This document shows positions 16,678-25,473 of a DNA stretch of 37,333 nucleotides, in pieces. A model generated the notes under the pieces. It ran no database searches, had not been told where the DNA came from, and saw only the letters and a list, made by a program, of their open reading frames with translations. Position numbers and translations under genes: made by a program. Position 1 is the stretch's first letter. Each line of letters begins with the position of its first letter. Source of the DNA: a virus. The stretch covers positions 1 through 37,333 of IMG/VR virus record IMGVR_UViG_3300045988_122037; one strand, written 5' to 3'.

Positions 16678-17542
16678 AGTGTGTATTCGCTTCGTGAGAA
16701 GTGATGAGAGAGAATTTTTAATAGATGGAACAGATTGGAAAATTCCATCAAAAGGTTTGGATGGATTTGGTTCATATGAAAACGACATCACCACGGTAGA
16801 TAATGCCGTGGGAGATGGCGGGATCATTGTCTCTGACAGAATCGCACCAAAAGACAGGACTGTGACTGCTATTTCACGAAATCCGTATCTGAATGATGTT
16901 TTAAGAAAAAGCGCAATATCATTTTTTAATCCGAAATTCGATTATAAGATGTATATAACATACATGGGCATCACCAGATGGGTGGAAGGTAAAATTTATA
17001 AATTTAGCATTCCGGCTCAAAATGTAAACCGGGTGATGGAAATGAGCATTACATTGTTAAGTCCAAATCCGTTTTTTAAAAGTTATGATAATTTTGGCAA
17101 AAACATTGCTTCTGTTGTCGGAATGTGTGGATTTCCATATTTGTGCAGTATAACAAGTGGCACACCAAAGGGAATCACTGGTGGTAAATTCAATTTTGCT
17201 AAAAAAGTGTTGCTCGACAATGATGGAGATGTAGATACCTATTGCAAAGCAGTAATATCAGTAAACGGAGATGTCGTGAATCCTAAAATCATTATTAATG
17301 ATAATTATGTCAGGGTTCTGGATAATATGAAAGCAAATGATGTTATTATTATTGATTTCACACAGAATCCACCAACGGTAAAAAAGAATGGTGTTAATTT
17401 TATAGGACACTGCGATAGAACATCTGCATTTGATGATATGCAGCTTCCGGTTGGAAGTTCTGAAATTTCTTTTGATGCAGACACTGGAAGCAATCTTATG
17501 AATGTTTCGATTTATTATAATAAACTTTATGGGGCAATTTAG
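16667..17542 (+). CDS. Distal tail protein (Dit-like)
   Basis: 291 aa, immediately after the tape measure gene and overlapping its end. Confidence 0.78.
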   Translation: MDTKVCIRFVRSDEREFLIDGTDWKIPSKGLDGFGSYENDITTVDNAVGDGGIIVSDRIAPKDRTVTAISRNPYLNDVLRKSAISFFNPKFDYKMYITYMGITRWVEGKIYKFSIPAQNVNRVMEMSITLLSPNPFFKSYDNFGKNIASVVGMCGFPYLCSITSGTPKGITGGKFNFAKKVLLDNDGDVDTYCKAVISVNGDVVNPKIIINDNYVRVLDNMKANDVIIIDFTQNPPTVKKNGVNFIGHCDRTSAFDDMQLPVGSSEISFDADTGSNLMNVSIYYNKLYGAI

Positions 17543-17550
17543 GAGGGATC

Positions 17551-18642
17551 ATGAAAGGATTTAATACGATCGCACTAGATAAAAATTATCAGATAGTGTC
17601 ATTAATACGGTCAACAAATTTACAATGGAGCAGGAAATTCCACGAAGCTGGAACGTTCTCCATACAGATTCCGATAGAGCAGTATAATTCGTCAATGAGG
17701 TATATTTACACAAAAGACAGACCAGAACTTGGAAAGATAACACAAATAAATTACGTCCGGCAACAGCAGTATAAATATATTCAGTTGAGCGGGTATTTCA
17801 TGGAAAAAACATTAGACAGACATGTTGTATTTCAGAACGGTGCATCAAATGTGACAAATGCACCTTCATGGTCATTCCAGAGTGGAAAAGCAGAGAATGT
17901 GGCATATGCGTTTTTTAATGCTTTTAAAACGTTAACTACCGTAAGCGTAAGTTCTGATTTAAATATTATTTCCGGGACATCGCTCGGAAGAGGAAAAGAT
18001 TCTGTGCATTACCGCAACGGAGAACTGCTCGGGTGGAAGATCTATGACATCTTAAAACCATCCGGCATGTCTTATAGAGTACTTTATGATTTCGTGGAAA
18101 GCAATAAGAAATTCGAAGTATGGAGTGGATCTGACCGGACGGAAAATAATGCAGATGGAAATAATCCAATTATTTTTTCGACAAAATACGGAAATATAAA
18201 GAACCCAAATATTTTGATTGATGATACAGAATATAAAAATGCTTGCCTGAATACGAATGAGCAAACAGATAATGATGTCACTACGTATGTTTCGAGAGCT
18301 ACTTTTAACGCTGCATCTGGCGATGATGAGTATTGGTTTTTATCAAATAGTTCTACATTAAATAGAAATGAGTATACAAGCAGCGATTTGGCTGTTGCTA
18401 TGGATAATGAAGCACTAAATGCATTAACCAGATATCCCAAAATTATTAATGTTGAATTTGACGCAATGGAGAGTAGTTACGAATATGGAACAGATTTTGA
18501 TTTGGGAGATTTGTGCAGTATAGAAATTCCAGAAATGGATTTGTCTGCCCAAGCCAGATTAATTGGCTGCTATGAAGTCATGAAGTCCGGACAGTGGAGC
18601 ATGACAATGGAATTTGGTACACCAATAATTTTAAAAAGATAG
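17551..18642 (+). CDS. Tail-associated / baseplate protein (Sipho Gp37-like, Tal position)
   Basis: 363 aa. N-terminus MKGFNTIALDKNYQIVSLIRSTNLQWSRKFHEAGTFSIQIP fits the Gp37-like pattern. Confidence 0.72.
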   Translation: MKGFNTIALDKNYQIVSLIRSTNLQWSRKFHEAGTFSIQIPIEQYNSSMRYIYTKDRPELGKITQINYVRQQQYKYIQLSGYFMEKTLDRHVVFQNGASNVTNAPSWSFQSGKAENVAYAFFNAFKTLTTVSVSSDLNIISGTSLGRGKDSVHYRNGELLGWKIYDILKPSGMSYRVLYDFVESNKKFEVWSGSDRTENNADGNNPIIFSTKYGNIKNPNILIDDTEYKNACLNTNEQTDNDVTTYVSRATFNAASGDDEYWFLSNSSTLNRNEYTSSDLAVAMDNEALNALTRYPKIINVEFDAMESSYEYGTDFDLGDLCSIEIPEMDLSAQARLIGCYEVMKSGQWSMTMEFGTPIILKR

Positions 18643-18657
18643 AGGAGGACAAAAATT

Positions 18658-20283
18658 ATGATAGGATTTCCTTTTGATTCACATGTCACATTTGAGAGTG
18701 ATGGAACACCGGTGTATGATCGTGCGATTACGTCCGCACCACTTAGAAAACTGATAGCCAAATTATTAACAGATGGCATTTTACCAAACCCATCTACCAA
18801 TCTGCAAGTCGAAGCAGGTAGTGGAATGAATGTTATTGTTAATCCTGGTTTTGCAATTTGTGCAGGAGGGTTGAAACTGGAAGAAAATCAGCGGACGCTT
18901 GCAATTCAGGCAGCAGATTCTAATTATGATCGAATTGATACTGTAGTCTTAAGATGGAACGATAATGATTCGGAGAGAATCTGTGATTTATATATTGTAG
19001 AGGGCATACCTGCAGCAAGTCCTTTAAGACCAGAGCTTACAAGAACAGAATCTATTTGGGAATTAGGATTAGCAGATTTATTTGTAAATAAAAATTCTTC
19101 CGCTATTTCCAATCAGAGAATTACGGACACACGTTATGAAACTGCAAGATGCGGCATTATATCGGCAATCAGCGAATTTGATACAACAACATTATATCAG
19201 CAAGTGCAAGCTGATCTTGCCGGATTTAAAGCATCGGAGCAGGCAGATTTTATAACATGGTTCAATGATATAAAAGGTCAGTTATCTGAGGATGCAGCCG
19301 GAAATTTACAAAAGCAGATCGGAACGTTGGAATCTTTAAAAACAGAAGTGAAAAATAATCTTGTCAATGCTTTGAATTGGGTTGTTGATAAAACGTCCGG
19401 TGTTATTGCGAAGCTTGGAAGTGCGGATATATCAAAAATCGGGGACGGTACCGTGACCGGAGCGATAGTCAATAATAAAAAAGCGATAGAGGATGTCTCC
19501 CAGAGTTTAACGATTATAAAGGAGAATTTAATTCCATTTCCATATTGCGCAACAAGCACAGGCAGTTATGCGAAGTCATTCAACAGTTCGTCGTTAACAA
19601 CGGTGGAAGCTAAAAATGATGGATCTTTACTTATCGGAAGCAATGGAAAAATTCCATCAAAAACAAATCAAGTATTATTTAGATTAATTCATGATAATTT
19701 TGAAAATATTCCATTATATAATGACATTTACAGTATGGATCCTCACTTCGAAAATCGACCTAGCGCATCTGGAGTGGCATTAGCAGTCTCATTTGAGCGG
19801 GCGAAGGATTCGGAACTTGAAACATTTTATGTAACTTCTCCAGTTGAAATTAATAACATTGATGGAAAATACACGAAAATAAAATATATTAGCGTCTGGC
19901 TTTCCAAGGCAACTGCTTCGTTTGAAAATGTCAAAATGAAACCTACTATTACGAGAGGCGGAATAACAGAAAAGCGTGATGTGGTTTCCCAGAAATTAAG
20001 TACGGATGCAATCGTTGCAAGGATGAGAAACTCGTTAAATATTGTTCATTTGCCATTAAAAGAAACGAAGACGCTGACACTTGCTCAGCTTTATAACTCT
20101 TATGCAAAGCAGAATGATGTTTTATATGTGACTGTCATAGATTATAGTGATTCAAAATCATATAAGTCATCAACTATGCTTTTATTTATCGATGATTTTC
20201 AGATTTATGCAATTTCGACTGAAGGATTGTTAAAATATGATAATGTTAACGATAAGTGGGCTGTCATTATTCCGAGGGCATGA
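18658..20283 (+). CDS. Tail fibre / receptor-binding protein
   Basis: 541 aa, last large structural gene. Strong GAGGAGG RBS. Confidence 0.7.
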   Translation: MIGFPFDSHVTFESDGTPVYDRAITSAPLRKLIAKLLTDGILPNPSTNLQVEAGSGMNVIVNPGFAICAGGLKLEENQRTLAIQAADSNYDRIDTVVLRWNDNDSERICDLYIVEGIPAASPLRPELTRTESIWELGLADLFVNKNSSAISNQRITDTRYETARCGIISAISEFDTTTLYQQVQADLAGFKASEQADFITWFNDIKGQLSEDAAGNLQKQIGTLESLKTEVKNNLVNALNWVVDKTSGVIAKLGSADISKIGDGTVTGAIVNNKKAIEDVSQSLTIIKENLIPFPYCATSTGSYAKSFNSSSLTTVEAKNDGSLLIGSNGKIPSKTNQVLFRLIHDNFENIPLYNDIYSMDPHFENRPSASGVALAVSFERAKDSELETFYVTSPVEINNIDGKYTKIKYISVWLSKATASFENVKMKPTITRGGITEKRDVVSQKLSTDAIVARMRNSLNIVHLPLKETKTLTLAQLYNSYAKQNDVLYVTVIDYSDSKSYKSSTMLLFIDDFQIYAISTEGLLKYDNVNDKWAVIIPRA

Positions 20284-20285
20284 TT

Positions 20286-20414
20286 ATGATAAAATATGTA
20301 TTTAGGCAGTTGTTATGTAAACATGAATATGTAAATACAAATGAAATGTGGTCATTTTTTGGACAAGAACATATAACAAGGTTATGTGTAAAATGTGGAA
20401 AAAAAATTTATTAA
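20286..20414 (+). CDS. Possible small Cys-containing ORF (42 aa)
   Basis: MIKYVFRQLLCKHEYVNTNEMWSFFGQEHITRLCVKCGKKIY*, with CxH...CxxC. No clear RBS. Confidence 0.3.
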   Translation: MIKYVFRQLLCKHEYVNTNEMWSFFGQEHITRLCVKCGKKIY

Positions 20415-20451
20415 ACTCTGGTTCGAGGGATGCAACATGGTAAAATAGAAA

Positions 20452-20471
20452 GAGCCGGATAATTCCGGCTC
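20452..20471. terminator. Perfect 8-bp hairpin GAGCCGGA-TAAT-TCCGGCTC
   Basis: Read directly. There is no T-run on the + strand; a T-rich tract follows on the - strand. Confidence 0.4.
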
Positions 20472-20630
20472 GTATAACACGATGGGAGGAGAAAAGTCAT
20501 CTGGGAAGGTATTTTTTAAATCAATTTCGTAGATGACTCTCTCAAAAAAATTATAAGGTAATAATTTGCAAATGTAAATTCAGATAATCAGTACATTTTC
20601 TTAAAATCACAGAATTGCGATTTAAAATAT

Positions 20631-20729
20631 TTGCTTTATGTGAATTGTGGTGTATAATAATAGCAACAAAATAAAGCAGTGCCGTGCGCCGAATGATTAG
20701 TCTATCAGATTAATTGTCCGGCGCTTTTT
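20631..20729 (+). promoter_or_regulatory. Promoter (TTGCTT-16 nt-TATAAT, 20631-20658) followed about 28 nt later by a hairpin terminator (20686-20724 plus T5). Copy T1 of the conserved element; predicted ~65-nt transcript.
   Basis: The GCGCCG/CGGCGC stem has internal ATTAGTCT/AGATTAAT pairing and is followed by TTTTT. It lies 75 nt upstream of the lysis cassette. Confidence 0.55.
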
Positions 20730-20804
20730 GCGTTGAAAAATAGCACAAATACAAGGCTTGGCAGATTTATAATGGTTTTATAAAGAAAGAGGGAGGTTGG
20801 TCGT

Positions 20805-21053
20805 TTGGAATCGATTATATCGGCATTGGTAGCAGGAGGATTAGCGTTAATCGGAACGGTACTCACAGTCAGTTCAGGGCAGAAAAAAACAGAGCAGAAG
20901 CTTCAGACAGCACAGGCAGTCACAGACTGTAAGATTGATGAACTGACGCGCGAGGTACGCTTGCATAATAATTTTGCGCAACGTGTTCCAGTTATTGAAG
21001 AACAGGTAAAAGTTATCAATCATCGCATTGCAGATTTAGAGGGAGGAAAATAA
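20805..21053 (+). CDS. xhlA: XhlA-like membrane protein of the lysis cassette
   Basis: N-terminal TM segment IISALVAGGLALIGTVLTV plus a coiled-coil tail. TTG start after GAGGGAGG. Sits directly upstream of the holin. Confidence 0.78.
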   Translation: MESIISALVAGGLALIGTVLTVSSGQKKTEQKLQTAQAVTDCKIDELTREVRLHNNFAQRVPVIEEQVKVINHRIADLEGGK

Positions 21054-21054
21054 T

Positions 21055-21282
21055 ATGTTAAAAAATTCGGTATTTAAACCATCAGTAAGCACACAGAAAT
21101 GGGCGAAAGCCGCAGGAATCAGATCAATTAAGACGATGGCGCAGACAGCGGTAGCAGTAATCGGCACAGGGGCAGTGATTTCAGCAGTGGATTGGAAGAT
21201 GGTAGTATCATCCGCAATTGTAGCCGGTATCGTATCATGGCTTACATCTTTGGCAGGAATTCCAGAAGTAGAGGAGGAGTAA
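21055..21282 (+). CDS. Holin
   Basis: 75 aa with two hydrophobic helices and an acidic C-terminus (PEVEEE), immediately upstream of the endolysin. Confidence 0.85.
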   Translation: MLKNSVFKPSVSTQKWAKAAGIRSIKTMAQTAVAVIGTGAVISAVDWKMVVSSAIVAGIVSWLTSLAGIPEVEEE

Positions 21283-21287
21283 TTTTT

Positions 21288-21956
21288 ATGGCAAATAGAA
21301 AAATTGGACAGTCAGGCCTTAATCTGATCAAGCAGTATGAGGGATGTCGGTTATCTGCTTATCAGTGTGCTGCCGGAGTATGGACCATCGGTTATGGACA
21401 TACCGCCGGAGTAAAAAAAGGTATGACAATCACGCAGGCACAGGCAGACGCATATTTAAAGCAGGATATTGCAAAGTTTGAGGGATACGTTAATAGTCCC
21501 GCATATGTGCCAATCACTGCAAATCTCAACCAGAATCAGTTTGATGCTCTGGTATCGTTTGCATTTAATTGTGGAGCTGGCAACCTTAAAAAGCTTTGTG
21601 CAGGTAGAAACGCATCACAGATTGCTGTAGCAATGCCACAGTACTGTAAAGCAAATGGTAAAGTGCTTGCAGGACTTAAAAGACGTAGGTCGGCAGAGCA
21701 GGCTTTATTTAATAAAGCAGTGGCAGCAGCAAATACATCAAAATCAGAAAGCGAGGATTACAATATGACTACGATCAGAAAAGGTAGTAAAGGAAATGTG
21801 GTTAAGGTATGGCAGATCATCATTGGTGCGACAGCAGATGGCAATTTCGGCAGAGGTACGGAAGCATCGACCAAGACATGGCAGAGGAGCCACGGATTGA
21901 CAGCGGATGGAATTGTTGGAAAGAATACATGGAAAGTAGGTCTTGAATCATTATAA
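21288..21956 (+). CDS. Endolysin: GH24 phage lysozyme domain plus a C-terminal peptidoglycan-binding domain
   Basis: LIKQYEGCRLSAYQCAAGVWTIGYGHT is the T4/lambda-type lysozyme signature. The C-terminal GNFGRGTEASTKTWQRSHGLTADGIVGKNTW is PG_binding_1-like. ATG 21288 follows GAGGAGGAG. Confidence 0.93.
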   Translation: MANRKIGQSGLNLIKQYEGCRLSAYQCAAGVWTIGYGHTAGVKKGMTITQAQADAYLKQDIAKFEGYVNSPAYVPITANLNQNQFDALVSFAFNCGAGNLKKLCAGRNASQIAVAMPQYCKANGKVLAGLKRRRSAEQALFNKAVAAANTSKSESEDYNMTTIRKGSKGNVVKVWQIIIGATADGNFGRGTEASTKTWQRSHGLTADGIVGKNTWKVGLESL

Positions 21957-21960
21957 AACC

Positions 21961-21993
21961 ATAGCCGGTAGAGTTTATCTGCCGGCTATTTTT
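21961..21993 (+). terminator. Rho-independent terminator closing the late/lysis operon
   Basis: ATAGCCGG-loop-CCGGCTAT, followed by TTTTT. Confidence 0.8.
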
Positions 21994-22009
21994 AAAGTAG
22001 AAAGAAACA

Positions 22010-22250
22010 TGTTCAATTTCGTGTTGCATTTCGTGTTGCATCGTGTTGCATTTTATATACTTCTATGGCAAATTTGCCACTTTATAAGCAAATAAAAAAA
22101 TGCTCAAAACACAGTAAAATCAATGGTTACAGTAAAACCTAGGTTTGATAAGAATGCATTCATTATAGTTCGATTCTCTCATCCCCTGCTCTAAAAACAC
22201 CGAATTTACGGTGTTTTTTTTGTGCCATGTTGCATTTCGTGTTGCATATT
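22010..22250. other. Putative attP region: 12-mer arm-type repeats on both sides of a tRNA-3'-end-like core
   Basis: TTTCGTGTTGCA is present about 2.8 times at 22017-22050 and about 1.6 times at 22228-22246. GTTCGATTCTCTCATCCCCTG (22168-22188) looks like a tRNA T-loop plus acceptor 3' strand. Palindromes: TGGCAAATTTGCCA (22066-22079) and AAACCTAGGTTT. Confidence 0.5.
22193..22221. terminator. Bidirectional hairpin terminator (A5-ACACCG-AATTTA-CGGTGT-T8)
   Basis: Read directly. The integrase stop codon lies in the loop. On the + strand it directly follows the tRNA-like core. Confidence 0.7.
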
Positions 22251-23291
22251 TTCAAAATAGTTAATAGCTATATTACTCATTTTCTTTTTTGAATCTTCTA
22301 AGGTATGCCGATACACATCTTTCAATACTCTGTCGTTTCCCCAACCGCCAGCCTGCATGATATAAGCATCAGGTATTCCCAACGCATGCTGTATGCTTGC
22401 AGAGTAGTGACGCAAATCGTGGAAACGGAAATGCTCAATACCGGCATTATTTAGCACATGTTCAAAACGTGATGTAATAATGTTTGGTGTCATATTTACC
22501 CCATTATTCGGCAGTGCCATAAATGCATCTACAACAAACTGTGGAACTGGGACAAAACGATCACCAGCATATGATTTTGGTGCTTTTACAATCCATTTAT
22601 TATCAGGAGATAGAACCATTGTTTTACTTATATGAACTACATTGTTTTCAAAGTCTGACTTCTTTAATGCGGATATTTCCCCACGCCGCATCATGCCAAA
22701 TGCTCCTAAATAAATTGGGACTTCCATTTCTGTACCCTTTGCAGCTTCTATTAATAATTTAATATCGCACTCTGATGGTATGTTTCTTTCAACCCGTTTC
22801 TTTTTCGGAAGAGTAGTATTTAAAATAACATTCTGGTCATATCTTTTTAGTACTGCTGTAATGAGCCCGTGGCGATCACGTACAGTTTTGGGTGATAATG
22901 TTCCAGAGATAGAATTGATATATTGTTGGACGATTTTTTGATTGATATCCTTTAGTTTGTAATTATTAAGCATAGAAAACTCTTTTTGCATGCTTCTATA
23001 TTTCCTTATTGATGCAGGAGACAGAATTTGAGAGCGTTCAGATATATATGCGTCCATTGCTTCTCCAAAGGTCAATTTGTAGCTTGAAAGATTGCTTTGC
23101 TCTTTCTTGTTGGCATATTCTGCAGCCATAGCCTCGCATCTTCTTTTCCCAGCTGGGCTTGGATCATCGCATGTAAATGATTCATAAATACGTTTCTTTT
23201 TTATATTTCCGTCTTTCTCAGTAACATATTCATAGTGACTAAACACTAAACATCTCCAAGATCCAGAAGGTAATTTTTTTGCAGTTGCCAT
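22206..23291 (-). CDS. int: Tyrosine site-specific integrase
   Basis: Catalytic signature: MMRRGEI (Arg), HDLRHYSAS (H-x-x-R), VLKDVYRH (Tyr). AGGAGG RBS. Confidence 0.95.
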   Translation of the reverse strand: MATAKKLPSGSWRCLVFSHYEYVTEKDGNIKKKRIYESFTCDDPSPAGKRRCEAMAAEYANKKEQSNLSSYKLTFGEAMDAYISERSQILSPASIRKYRSMQKEFSMLNNYKLKDINQKIVQQYINSISGTLSPKTVRDRHGLITAVLKRYDQNVILNTTLPKKKRVERNIPSECDIKLLIEAAKGTEMEVPIYLGAFGMMRRGEISALKKSDFENNVVHISKTMVLSPDNKWIVKAPKSYAGDRFVPVPQFVVDAFMALPNNGVNMTPNIITSRFEHVLNNAGIEHFRFHDLRHYSASIQHALGIPDAYIMQAGGWGNDRVLKDVYRHTLEDSKKKMSNIAINYFENMQHEMQHGTKKTP

Positions 23292-23454
23292 AGTATCATC
23301 CTCCTTAAAAATAGGTATAAAAATAACAGCCAGCAGAGAACTGGTGTTCCGCTTGCATTTGGCTGCTCCGAATGATACAATACGTTTTGTGAGAGCTTCT
23401 GTATCATTCAGAAGGATTGCCCTTGGTATTACGGTACTAGGGGCAATTTTATAT

Positions 23455-24366
23455 TTAAAAATCTAATTTACTTCCTTTGGATCTATTACATCTCCAACAT
23501 AATGTTTGTAAATTTTCAACAGATGTGATACCACCTTTTGAAATCGGAATAATATGATCGACTTCAAGTAATAGGTTTGGTTCATTTTTTTGTGAAGCAC
23601 CACATTTCTGACAGGTGTATCCATCACGTTCCAAAATACTTTTTCTTAATTTACTTGTCATTAAAGCTCTTTGTCCAGCAGCACTTTTTTTGAATTTTAC
23701 TAATTCTGACAGATAAACCACAAACCGGTTTAAATTATCAAGGTTGAAAACGACATCACATTGTGTTGCTGCATTACCACCAGAACTTGTGTATTTGAAT
23801 ATGTACTTTGGAAAATAAATTGTACTTAAATCAATAGGTTCAAAACCGAGTTTTTTCTCTAAATTTTTTTTGTCAAATGTTTTAATTAAAAATGGGATTT
23901 CGGAACTGATTCCATTGATAATGTTGTTTTTTTCATTTACCAATAAGTTTTTACCATTTTCAGCAGCTTCAAAATTATTCAGCATATTTTCAAATTGTTC
24001 AAGGTTTTCCTCGGTGCTCTTAATATTAAAATATTTGCATACATATTTAAAGGGTTGCTTTCGAGCTGAATCGCAAACGCTTCTTGAACAGTTACAAATA
24101 TTTGGTGCAAACACCTGTTTTTTCAATTCCGGACGCTTGTAATTGTAATTACTTGCATCTTGATAAGATGCTTTTCCATAATCTAGCTGATCTATTCCTA
24201 TGTGGGTTCTTTTTAACTCATAAATATGATCATTAAGGTCATTGCAGTCTTTTGTATATTTTTCAATTTTGTTTTTCAATTCAATAAATGAATTGCTTCT
24301 ATAGTATATTAATTTATACAAAAACCAAGCTAAGATTAATAAGATAATAATGACTAATAATGGCAT
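23455..24366 (-). CDS. Membrane-anchored protein with a C-terminal HNH nuclease domain (lysogeny-module accessory gene)
   Basis: N-terminal TM MPLLVIIILLILAWFLY. C-terminal CQKCG..LEVDHIIPISKGG..NLQTLCWRCNRSKG is an HNH motif. ATG 24366 follows AGGAGG; the track TTG at 24390 is unlikely. Visibly AT-rich. Confidence 0.85.
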   Translation of the reverse strand: MPLLVIIILLILAWFLYKLIYYRSNSFIELKNKIEKYTKDCNDLNDHIYELKRTHIGIDQLDYGKASYQDASNYNYKRPELKKQVFAPNICNCSRSVCDSARKQPFKYVCKYFNIKSTEENLEQFENMLNNFEAAENGKNLLVNEKNNIINGISSEIPFLIKTFDKKNLEKKLGFEPIDLSTIYFPKYIFKYTSSGGNAATQCDVVFNLDNLNRFVVYLSELVKFKKSAAGQRALMTSKLRKSILERDGYTCQKCGASQKNEPNLLLEVDHIIPISKGGITSVENLQTLCWRCNRSKGSKLDF

Positions 24367-24386
24367 AACAAAAATCCTCCTATTTT

Positions 24387-24821
24387 TCAAAATGTTTTTA
24401 AGCGAAGCTCTATAAGAGCCTGTTCGTATCCAAGCAACCTGGAAAGCTGCTCGGTAGTAGTTCGTTGGTTCTCAAAAATGATTTCATCCGGGATCAGAAG
24501 CTCTGCTGCAAATGTGTTTGCTTCAATTTCTAATTTTGATGTGAGCATGAGAGTTTTATTCCGGATAAAATAACAATTTTCTTTTCGATGCATGATAGCA
24601 TGTCCAAGCTCATGAGCCATGACAAGGCGCATCTCATTTTCTTCCAAATCCTCATTCAGAAAGATGCATTTGTGGTTCTTAAGAAACATGTAGCATCCGG
24701 CTTGACTTCCAAGCTCGCCGATCTGGACTTCTACATTCAGACACTCTGCAAGCTTGTATGGATTTCTCGTATTGAATTTTTTTACGTAATAATTTACTAA
24801 CTGCTTTATGTCTTTTCTCAA
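24387..24821 (-). CDS. immA: ImmA/IrrE-family zinc metallopeptidase
   Basis: HELGHAIMH is an HEXXH motif. 144 aa, immediately downstream of the XRE repressor on the same strand. TTG start. Confidence 0.9.
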   Translation of the reverse strand: MRKDIKQLVNYYVKKFNTRNPYKLAECLNVEVQIGELGSQAGCYMFLKNHKCIFLNEDLEENEMRLVMAHELGHAIMHRKENCYFIRNKTLMLTSKLEIEANTFAAELLIPDEIIFENQRTTTEQLSRLLGYEQALIELRLKTF

Positions 24822-24832
24822 TTATGTAGCAC

Positions 24833-25261
24833 CTACTTTTTATTCTTATTAGGATTGTACTTCTCTTTATTAATAGGTTTTAATCTGCGCATCATCAACT
24901 CGATTTGACCGAGTAGCAATTCAGCGTCTTCTGCAGTGACAGGTTCTCCATCGTAAGAGAGAGGACCATCTGCGCCATTCATTAATTTCTGTCGAATGTT
25001 TTCCATGTCTTTTGCTATATCGCGTTCATCTTTAGTGGAAAGTTGAGAAGTGTTGTTGATTTTCTCCGTAGTTTCTCCATTCATTAAATAATTAATGGAT
25101 ACACCGAAATAATCAGCAATCTTTTGTAATCTTTTTGCAGATGTTCCGCCACTTTTTAATTTTCCAAGTGAACCTCTGCCAAATCCCAATTCTTTTTCGA
25201 GCGCTGTTAGAGCAATTCCATGTTCATCACATAGTTGTTTAATAACTTCATATGTAGACAT
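24833..25261 (-). CDS. XRE-family HTH repressor (CI-like / ImmR-like)
   Basis: N-terminal HTH IALTALEKELGFGRGSLGKLKSG..AKRLQKIADYFGVSINYL. AGGAGG RBS. Divergent from a Cro-like gene. Confidence 0.9.
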   Translation of the reverse strand: MSTYEVIKQLCDEHGIALTALEKELGFGRGSLGKLKSGGTSAKRLQKIADYFGVSINYLMNGETTEKINNTSQLSTKDERDIAKDMENIRQKLMNGADGPLSYDGEPVTAEDAELLLGQIELMMRRLKPINKEKYNPNKNKK

Positions 25262-25282
25262 AGCTTTCCTCCTAAAATAAAA

Positions 25283-25458
25283 GTAGAAAAAATTCTACAA
25301 AAAGTATTGACAACGTAGAAAAAAAGCTATACAATACAAACATGAAGTAGAAAAAAATCTACTTCACGACATATAGTAGAATAATTTCTTTTTGTTTTGT
25401 CGTTAAAATAATTATAGAATAAATTCTACTATATGTCAATAAAAAGTAGAAAATATTC
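25283..25458. promoter_or_regulatory. Genetic switch: six GTAGAA-containing operators and two consensus-like promoters
   Basis: Palindromes: GTAGAAAAAATTCTAC (25283-25298), GTAGAAAAAAATCTAC (25347-25362), TAGAATAAATTCTA (25415-25428). Half or degenerate sites at 25315, 25376 and 25446. Rightward promoter: TTGACA (25307-25312)-17 nt-TACAAT (25330-25335). Leftward promoter: TTGACA-17 nt-TATAAT on the minus strand (25439 down to 25411). Confidence 0.7.
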
Positions 25459-25473
25459 AAAGGAGGCATAGTA

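Noticed and set aside
18658-20283. Diversity-generating retroelement targeting the tail fibre
   Set aside because: There is no reverse transcriptase ORF anywhere in the window, and no template/variable repeat pair was noticed.
20473-20630. A hidden gene or 16-aa mini-ORF (MGGEKSSGKVFFKSIS) in the AT-rich gap after the tail fibre
   Set aside because: It is too short, unsupported by an RBS and has no conserved features. The region is better explained as intergenic with a hairpin (GTCATCT...AGATGAC).
21820-22041. Minus-strand ORF starting MQHEMQHE...
   Set aside because: Its N-terminus is simply the 12-mer attP repeat read in frame. It overlaps the endolysin 3' end and terminator and has no RBS.
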